From the human T2T-CHM13v2.0 reference genome, Homo sapiens, in NCBI RefSeq assembly GCF_009914755.1, contig NC_060926.1: a stretch of DNA of 64,000 nt; one strand, written 5' to 3'. How positions within the stretch are numbered: the stretch's first letter is position 1; the number at the start of each line of letters is the position of its first letter. Below the pieces are notes generated by a model. The model worked only from the letters and a program-made list of their open reading frames with translations. It ran no database searches and had not been told where the DNA came from. Shown in pieces: positions 54,939 to 64,000 of the stretch. A program made the position numbers and the translations under genes.

Positions 54939-55012
54939 TAGGTTGGTGCAAAAGTTAATTGCGGTTTTTGCCATTGAAAGTAATGGCAAAACCGCAATTA
55001 CTTTTGCACCAA
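54939..55012. mobile_element. MADE1 (Hsmar1-derived MITE)
   Basis: taggttggtgcaaaagttaattgcggtttttgccatt...aatggcaaaaccgcaattacttttgcaccaa palindrome. Confidence 0.95.
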
Positions 55013-55029
55013 AATATTTCCATTTTTGT

Positions 55030-55353
55030 TCCACAGAGCTGCACTCTATTTTTGATTTCCTTGCAATTAAATGAGGCTTTGTGACTGAGTTTCAACAAAG
55101 TCACCAGTCCCCATTTCACTAGGCATGTGGATGGATAGCTTGTGCTCCAGGTCCAGGCCTGTCTAGTGGAAATCTACCAGCCATGTTCTTCTCAGCTCTT
55201 TTCCACCTGCTGACTGTGTGCCAATGGTCAGGGCAAACACGAAAGTGGCAGGGCCCAAGTAACCTCCATCATGGCATGAGACAAGCCTTACAATCCAGAC
55301 CCATATTAGACTCTTTTTAGAGCAAGAAATAAACTATTATGTTCAGCCACTGG

Positions 55354-55392
<39 letters not shown>

Positions 55393-55425
55393 GGTAACAG
55401 TAGTCAGCCTGCCTTAAACAACAGA
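55030..55425 (+). mobile_element. MLT1I/J-like LTR containing (TG)n at about 55355-55391
   Basis: tccttgcaattaaatgaggctttgtgactgagtt; gagcaagaaataaactattatgttcagccact. Confidence 0.6.
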
Positions 55426-55452
55426 ACCTCAAAAAAGCTTATCTGTTATGAA

Positions 55453-55652
55453 CAGTGGCTGTCCATTCAGGGAAATTTTATCCCCCAGGGAAGACTTGTT
55501 AATGCCTGGAAACAACTGGGAGAAAGTCCTGTTGGCATGTAGTGGGTAGAGGCCAAGGAGGCTGCTAAACATTTTACAATGCATGGGACACACCCCACAG
55601 CAAAGAATGATATGAACCCAAAAATCAGTGGTGCAGAGGATGATAAACCTTG
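55453..55652 (+). mobile_element. MER20
   Basis: ggcatgtagtgggtagaggccaaggaggctgctaaacattttacaatgca...cagcaaagaat. Confidence 0.88.
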
Positions 55653-56480
55653 CATAATGAGGGCGAGCACTAGATAAAGTGTCACTCTTATTAACTGTTG
55701 AAAAACACATCTTTATCTTAAAGTGAGTTCTATTGCAAATATATTAGCAATTAAAGACCTTGACCTAATGGAATTTGAAATTTCAGGATATTCTTTATGG
55801 TCTGAGTCTACACTATACCACAACAATTGCTGGATAAAACTTGAAGTAATTTGAATTTGTCATCAGAGCACTTCTTATCCTCCCCATTGTCTTCCTGAAC
55901 TCAATTTTCAGTGCTTCTTTGTCATAGCATGCATGCATGCATATATACACACATACACAGAAATGCACACACCGCAGTAAAACATCCCTTGCTATCCTAA
56001 TGTCTTTTTGCTTACTCCTGACAAGCTGTGATATCTCACTGAAGAACCATAATTGAGTAAATGGTCAGGCATCAATCTACATTTTCTATCATTCAATATG
56101 TCACTTTTCATATATTTGATTATCCAGGTCCCATTCTCTCAAGACTTTGTACTCTTATAAGTATCTAATACAATTTTAAAAACCACATATTAATGATTTC
56201 ATGTTGTTTTTCTTCCATAAGAATACACTAAGTTTTTCATAGGGTCCTATTATTCCAGGAGGACAATACCGTGTTATGAAAAGAGCCATGGACTGAGGAT
56301 ATGCAATCTGTAGCACTAGCTAGATGACTATTGATTAACTAGCAGAGTAAAAGGTAGGCAATATGTTCTCTATAAATCAGTTTTGTTGCTTGAATGGGAA
56401 GAAATTTAACTGCATGGTTTCTAAGCTTCATTTTAATAAATTTACTTGAGCACATTCACGCCACAAATACTAAACACTGC

Positions 56481-56788
56481 TTTTTTTTTTTTTTTTTTTT
56501 TTTTTTGAGATGGAGTTTTGCTCTTGTTCCCCAGGCTGGAGTGCAATGGTGCGATGTCCGTTCACTGCAACTTCCGCCTCCTGGGTTCAAGCAGTTCTCC
56601 CGCCTCAGCCTGCAGTATAGCTGTGATTACAGGCATGCCCCATCATGCTTGGCTAATTTTGTATTTGTAGTAGAGACGGGGTTTCTCCATGTTGGTCAGG
56701 CTGGTCTCGAACTCCCAACCTCAGGTGATATGCCCGCCTCAGCCTCCCAAAGTGCTGGGATTACAGGCATGAGCCACCGCACCTGACC
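56481..56788 (-). mobile_element. AluSp inserted in an L2
   Basis: gagttttgctcttgtt and tttctccatgttggtcagg diagnostics; TSD ctaaac(a/g)ctg. Confidence 0.95.
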
Positions 56789-57521
56789 TAAACGCTGTTT
56801 TTGTATAGGCACTGTGCTGGTGTTGGAAACTTGATGATGAATAAGGTAAACATGACCTTTTCCCTAATGGAAATCACAGTCCCAATTCCTGTGTGCAGAG
56901 CTTGGTTCAAGGCACTCTATGGAGGCTCCAATGATGTCACAGAAGGCACTTGCTTTTAAGGACTGGAAGTGCACTAAGAAAAATGACAGGTATACCTATG
57001 ACTGTAGTATGTGTTGGGCTGTGGTAGTTACTTTATTAGAGTCAAAAATAAAGTGCTATTGGTGACCAGAAGAAGGATTATCTCCAAGTTCATGAATCTG
57101 AGATAACTTTCAGAAAGAAGGGAACATTTGAGCTAATTATTTAAGAGTACAACAAATTCAGAGACAGAGAGAAACATTAAATATCAGCAAGAATGTACAA
57201 AATGGTGAGCAGAAAATATTGGAATAATGTTTCTGTAACTGGAAAATACTACAATGTTATTAAGCTTCAAAGTGTATGTCTTTGTTTGTTAGAGTTGTTA
57301 TAACAAAATATGACAGACTAGGTGGCTTAAACAACAATTTATTTTCTCAGCTTGGAGGCTGGCAGTTCAAGATCAAGGTGTTGGCAGGGTTAGTTTCTTC
57401 CGAGTTCTCTTTTCTTGACTTGCAAATGTCTGTCTTCTCCCTATGCCTGCATATGACTTTTCCTCTGTTGCACAAGCATATCTGGGCCCTGGTCTTCTTT
57501 TCCTATGAAGAGATAAGTCAA

Positions 57522-58095
<574 letters not shown>

Positions 58096-58264
58096 TACAA
58101 GTCAGATTGAATTAGATTGGATTAGGGCTCATCCTAACAGCCTCACTTTAACTGAATCACCTCTTTAAAGGTTTATGCTGCAAATACAGTTATTCTGAAG
58201 TACTAGGGGCTAGGGCTTCAACATGTAAATTTTGGGGGGACACAATTCAGCCCATAACAGTGTG

Positions 58265-58890
58265 TGAGGGCTATCGTGAGAGATGAGGCTGGAAATGTAC
58301 CAAATAGGGATTTAATAAAATTGAAGTAGATGGGACTTTCTCTGTAGGTCCCATTCAGGATGTAGAGCAAGGCATTAACATCATCACATTCTACTTTAAA
58401 AAGGTAAATCAGGCAACAGAAAGAATAGTACAGATAAGAATGAACAGACAAATCTCTTTGAAAGGTAAAATGGAAAGACATTCAAACTTATCAGATGTGA
58501 TTTTTAGAGGACAGAGAAGGGTCAAAACATAACCCAAATTTCCCTGCGTCTATCATTGGAAGCATGGGATCCAGTAATAACAGTATGAGAGTCAGAAAAT
58601 ACATGGTTTTGTGTAGGATGTGATGCCTTGGATTTCAGGTACATAGACATGGAGGTTTTGCTGACTGTCAGAAAAGGTGGCCAGAAAGCACTTGGTACAC
58701 ATATTTGGAATTGTAGGCAGGTGAGGAGGGTTGGTCCAGCAGCCTAGAGGTGATGTAAGCAACTTCAGAATGAGTTAGGATCCCAGTGCTTCCCATGTGT
58801 CCAGAGGAAAGGAAAACTGGTCTGAGACAGGGAGTGATGGCATGATAGGTTCTGACACCATCACAAGAAGGGGTTTTCAAAAGAAGGGGA
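58265..58890 (-). mobile_element. L2 fragments
   Basis: gagatgaggctggaaa and purine-rich L2 antisense character. Confidence 0.45.
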
Positions 58891-59858
58891 CGCTTTATAT
58901 CCTCTAAACTGTGATACCATCTCTGCTCACAAGAGTGCTGTCCACCTGATGAGTATTGAACTAGCCAGATCCCATCTGTCTCACAGTGGAAGCCCTGCAG
59001 TTTGAATTTCCCAAATTCCCAAGAAACTTTCTAACATTTGTCAGAGAGGAATGGCCCAGCTAGTGTTGATTTGGAGATTTCCTTTAATCAAGCATTTTCA
59101 TGTAGAGTAGACACAACCCAGAGATTCTTATCCAGTAACCCTGAAGGCAGGTGGTAGTGGTCACCCTCTGAACTCTCCTCTCTGGTTTCCAGCAGGGCAA
59201 GTCATGTTTTCAATGAAAGTTCTTCTATCTGACCCCATTAGCATTATCCTAGTAGATCTGGCATCGACAAATTATTATTTAGTCTGCTGGGGAATACACA
59301 CTCTAGTCTATTTAAACTGCAGGAGACTTGGACTCTTGCCTTTGTTAGTCTCTGAAATGCTATTACATTAATTGTTTCACCCCGCCCTATTTGATATACT
59401 ATTCACAATGAGAAGTGGGTGCCTTTATGCAAATGCATGCAGCATTATCTTTCCATTTTCCCACTCAGCATTCCATGTCTTTTCTCCTCATCTGTTTCCT
59501 GTTTTTGAATGCAATTTATTTTTTAAGTACCCAGAAGAGATACTTCAACATTTGTTGATACTAACTAGTTCTGATCTTTCCCGCCCCCATCCAGAAGCTC
59601 TGTGGAAAAACTCCAATTGCAAAATAGCAAATGAAAACGTTATGAAATCTCTCAGGAGAGCTAAATAAATGATTAGATGCTCAGGCGGCAAACTAAATTA
59701 CCAGAATCCTCTCAGGCATATGTCTGAATTTGACAATCTTCCTGCTTCTCTGACTCTCCTATTGAACTGACCTCTGGACACCAATTCCAATGTATAAGTC
59801 TTTTCACACTGAACCAGTATATACATTATTATAACTGGAAGTCCTAGACTTGGATTAC

Positions 59859-59859
<1 letters not shown>

Positions 59860-59906
<47 letters not shown>
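59860..59906 (+). repeat. Pure A47 homopolymer
   Basis: Counted directly; no adjacent Alu or L1 body. Confidence 0.97.
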
Positions 59907-59908
<2 letters not shown>

Positions 59909-60879
59909 GAAAATAAAAGCAGTGTTTATCACTCCATTACAAGTTTAAGTGCTATGCAGACACCCTCGGGATTTAAGATCAGAAACTTTCCCCAAATTAG
60001 AATTGACAATGTCTTCGTTGCTGTATTTGGGTTTACCACTTTGGAGCACTGAGCTATATGATGAAATTATTGAGCAGGTAGAGCGATGAAAGCAGTTGAG
60101 TTGGAATAAAAGGCAATAAAGAAGAATATTACTCTCTTTTTGAACACAAACAGAAATCTGTGTTTGATAACTGTGAGATATGTACATTTCAAAGGTTAAG
60201 ATATGGAGGGCATAAGAAAATAGCTCTTTCATGATTGTTTAAGTTAAAACTGTAGAAGCCAGCAAATATAAAAGATGAATCCTAAAAGGACAATTGTATA
60301 GAAGTCAACAACATCCTTCCCCTTAATAAAAATAAACTGACTAAAGGCAGTATGCGGCATTTCTGCTCTTTTAGGTTGAACTATATGTTTCCAAGTACTA
60401 TATAATAATAATATTTCCCACACTTCAACACAGGAGTAGAGAAATCTGAGTGAATTGTTATCTAAATGAACAGACCTCAGGAAATGGAAAAGCTGTTCAA
60501 ATCTAACATGGCAGCTTAAGAAACAAATTCCTTCCTGGGAAAACTTTGTAAGCATGATGAATGGAAACTTCTCCATTATCTCTTGCATCGCTGGAGCTGA
60601 AGCCTCTCCATTTTTAATTTTTAATTGGCTGTAATAACCTGAACTGTTGGTCAGCCACACTAAACAGCTTGGTTTAAAAGGAAAAAATAAATAAACTCCT
60701 ACTCAGAGCAGATGTAAGTTCTCTGTAGGGAGAAAAATAGTCACAAAATGTTTGTGGAATATAAAATTCCAAATAAAAATCCTTTTAATTTGTTTTGGAT
60801 GTTGAAGTAGGGGGAGTGCAGCAAGCAGAGTTTGTGTGCTTTGCAAGCAATTTCTGAAAATGACAATGCCAAGCCTATT

Positions 60880-61060
60880 TAGCTCTTATAATTACCTGTC
60901 ATCGTGCTTCCAGGAAGTGGCTGGAGACAAGGGAGCTACACGCCTGGCAGTGCAGTGCTGCCTGGGAGATAAAAAAATGGGGACATGCCTGGGGCTTGCT
61001 CATCCTGATTGTGTTGTGTGGGAAGATAAGCCCACTGACTCAGTCCTCCACTGTAGGTAA
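60880..61060. promoter_or_regulatory. Candidate enhancer motif cluster
   Basis: TTCCAGGAA at 60908, CAGGAAGT at 60911, AGATAA at 60967 and 61024, TGACTCA at 61036, in non-repeat DNA. Confidence 0.3.
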
Positions 61061-63060
61061 AGCAGTTATGTGGCCCCAAGCAACTGCACCTCTGCTCCAG
61101 GGTGAAAAAAAAAAGCGTCAGACAAGTTTGACTGCACTACCAAGACTAGAAATCAGAGATACTTCTATTTTTAGATGCACTCAATTTTTTTGAAAAAGTA
61201 TAAATCTTATAAATTGAGTTATTTGATTTGTTAATTCCTGCTAATATCTGCCTTTTTGATGTAATATTTAGTTTGACTTTAAACTTTGAGACCTTCCTGC
61301 CATCCTATGTCTCCTCTCAATTGCCAGCCCGGTTGTTGGGGAATATGAATGATTTCTTGGAGTGTCTTATCTCACTCCTTGGATATATTTGGCCATTTTC
61401 ATGACCTAACCCTACCTCCAATTTTTGGTGTATTATAATATGGGTACATTAACTTTAATAAAGATATTGCTGTAGCAAACAAAAGATATTCTAGGAATAC
61501 CCAAGGCTGTCCAAGCTCCACTGGACTTATCTTTCAGTTCTCTTCCAAAATATGAGTTAAGTGAAAGGTATTAACTCAAGAATCAGAAGACTTTATTTTA
61601 GTATATGCTTTATAGGGTGAATTCAGAAAACAAAACAAAAAAACAAAACAAAACAAAGAAAGACAATTTTTTTTGTTTCTTCATTTGTAAAACATGAAGT
61701 ATATCTTTTGCCCCTCTGCTTCTGAGTGGGCTGTCAAGTATAAATGAGATACTATAAGTGAACTCATATTTTGATCTGTAAAATGCTGTGCAAGGCGTGC
61801 ATGATGATAATAGTAGATATGCAAAACCTTATTCATGGTAAACAAAAAGCGCCTGGATGACAGGGGAGTCACACACGTTGTCCTGTTCTGGTTTGTCGTT
61901 TGGATGTGTTTGCCTTCTGTCCAAAATAAAAGGTTAAGGTACATTGTTGCCGTACGTGGTTGTGAAATCATTTTAATAAAACTGGCTAGAATAAATATGT
62001 GTGTTTGATCATTCATTTATTCACTTAAGATATATATGTGTATTTATTCATTTACTTATTCATTTGTTCTGGAATGGAGTTTTGGCCCTCCAGAGATTTT
62101 AAATCCCTTCTTCAGGTCCCTCTTATACCATTCCAGAACTTTGTTTGAGATTGCATGGAAATCTAGCCTCTCAATTAAGACAACAGCTGCTTTGTACAAG
62201 AGAATAGATAGGACATCTGCTTTTCGTACTGAAAGGTAATCCTTCTGTCAAAGGGATTTGCAATGTGTTGCAAGGAAATGATATTTATTGAGAATAGCGT
62301 TGGATCTGTATCTGTAGGGAGAATAAGTAAATAAAATTATACTAACACTTTGGTTGAGATATGGGGACAAAAAAGAGAGAGGCATATATGGGATTGTTAC
62401 CTCATCATGTGTCTGTCTGTTTCTGCATTTGAGGCTTTGCCTAATTTGGATATGACTTTGTTTTGCAATTGAACTGATATGGTACATATCATAATGAGTT
62501 CATGGAATGCTAAGGGGCTGCATTGTGAAGCTTTGGACCCCTAGGGAGCCTTTGGTGTCCTGATATAGAAAGGATTTCTATAGGTGAATGGCCTCATGAT
62601 ACATTTCTTCCACAAGAAGAGACTGGTGAAACTACAAATTACTTGCTTCACAAGATCAGCATATTTTCAGAAGAACAGAAGATATGCAATGTTGTCAAAG
62701 TAAAATGAACTTCTGAGCCAAATTAATTACTGTCTGAAGTGTTGACATGCTTGAAACTTGACATGAATGTACAACTCGATCAGACTTCATTTTGGCTTTT
62801 CGAAGAGTTGTATGCAATAGTTTTACTGTTCACTTGAGATACAATAAAACTTGAAACGAGAATGCAGTCAATTAAGCTGCCTGAAAATGAGATGATGACT
62901 ATCGTAGAAATATATTGGAAAAGATAGAAGGGAAGAAAGAACATTTCTTCAGTGCGCACTGGATTCTTTCATGAATCAAATCAAGTGCTTACATGCTAGA
63001 ATTAGGACCAGGTTCAATCCAAGTAACAGTCATCTTGAGACACTATGTATACATCAGTAG

Positions 63061-63299
<239 letters not shown>

Positions 63300-64000
63300 T
63301 AAGGGTATGTTGGGAGTGCAATGCTCATACAGGGATGGAATAAGTAGAAATTATCATCCTTGGAGATGTACCACAAGGAATATTGACAAGAAAGATATTT
63401 TTAACTTGCTGAATTAATGACAATCATAGAATAATTTATGCCAGAAAATTCAATATTTTATGGATTAAATACTTAAATATAATTCTCAATTGTTATATCT
63501 TTTCTCTGTCTCTTTGTTTCTCTCTCTCTCTCTCTCCCTGTAAAATATGGATATAACTTTATTATGTGTGATATTAGAAACCAGGCTTGCCACACTAGGG
63601 TATTAGTAAAACCTTATCTTTGTTCTTATTCAGGTTCTCTTGTGTACTCTGAAAACTATATCATCCACCAATATTGACTAGAATTTATAGCCAAGTGAGG
63701 TTGGCAAAGAAAACCACTTAACTCTCCAAGTACTGATTTAAACCCAGCTGACCATACATTGACTTTCCAGCACTTACTATGGCAGTAGGCACTCAATATA
63801 TATTTCCAGAATGAGTTAATCAGCATCTTACCTTTGTCTACATTTATACATCTCAGATTCATCATTTTATTCCTTTGCATTAGAATGGATCTATCAATGA
63901 CAAAGCATTTCTGTCACCATTGCCTAGATGTGTCCAACATTCAGGCCTCAAATTACAGAAGTTTTACCACCCCAAATTGTATTTCTGAATGTTTTTAGTG

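Noticed and set aside
60244-60660. 138-aa minus-strand ORF in unique DNA
   Set aside because: No recognisable domain and no ATG start or splice context; compatible with chance.

Overview
AT-rich, CpG-poor primate (human-like) genomic DNA, intergenic or deep-intronic. I found no recognisable protein-coding gene, structural RNA gene or CpG island. The ORF track is mostly explained by Alu, L1, Tigger1, LTR and simple-repeat sequence, or by chance. Much of the window is interspersed repeats: 11 Alus, several L1 generations, L2/MIR, MaLR/ERVL/ERV1 solo LTRs, Tigger1, MER2, MER20, MER119 and MADE1. I see no evidence for a new biological system. The best signals are mechanistic: (1) a candidate L1 3' transduction at 44192-44656 with a 13-bp TSD, AATAAA and a second poly(A); (2) a twin-primed, 5'-inverted L1PA at 15640-18030; (3) an Alu left arm converted into a perfect 15-bp hairpin; (4) a Tigger1/LTR8/MER50 fusion that implies a deletion; (5) unexplained local duplications and inversions; (6) an orphan A47; (7) a STAT/ETS/GATA/AP-1 motif cluster. 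Repeat names come from recalled consensus sequences, subfamily calls are tentative, and boundaries of old repeats are approximate.
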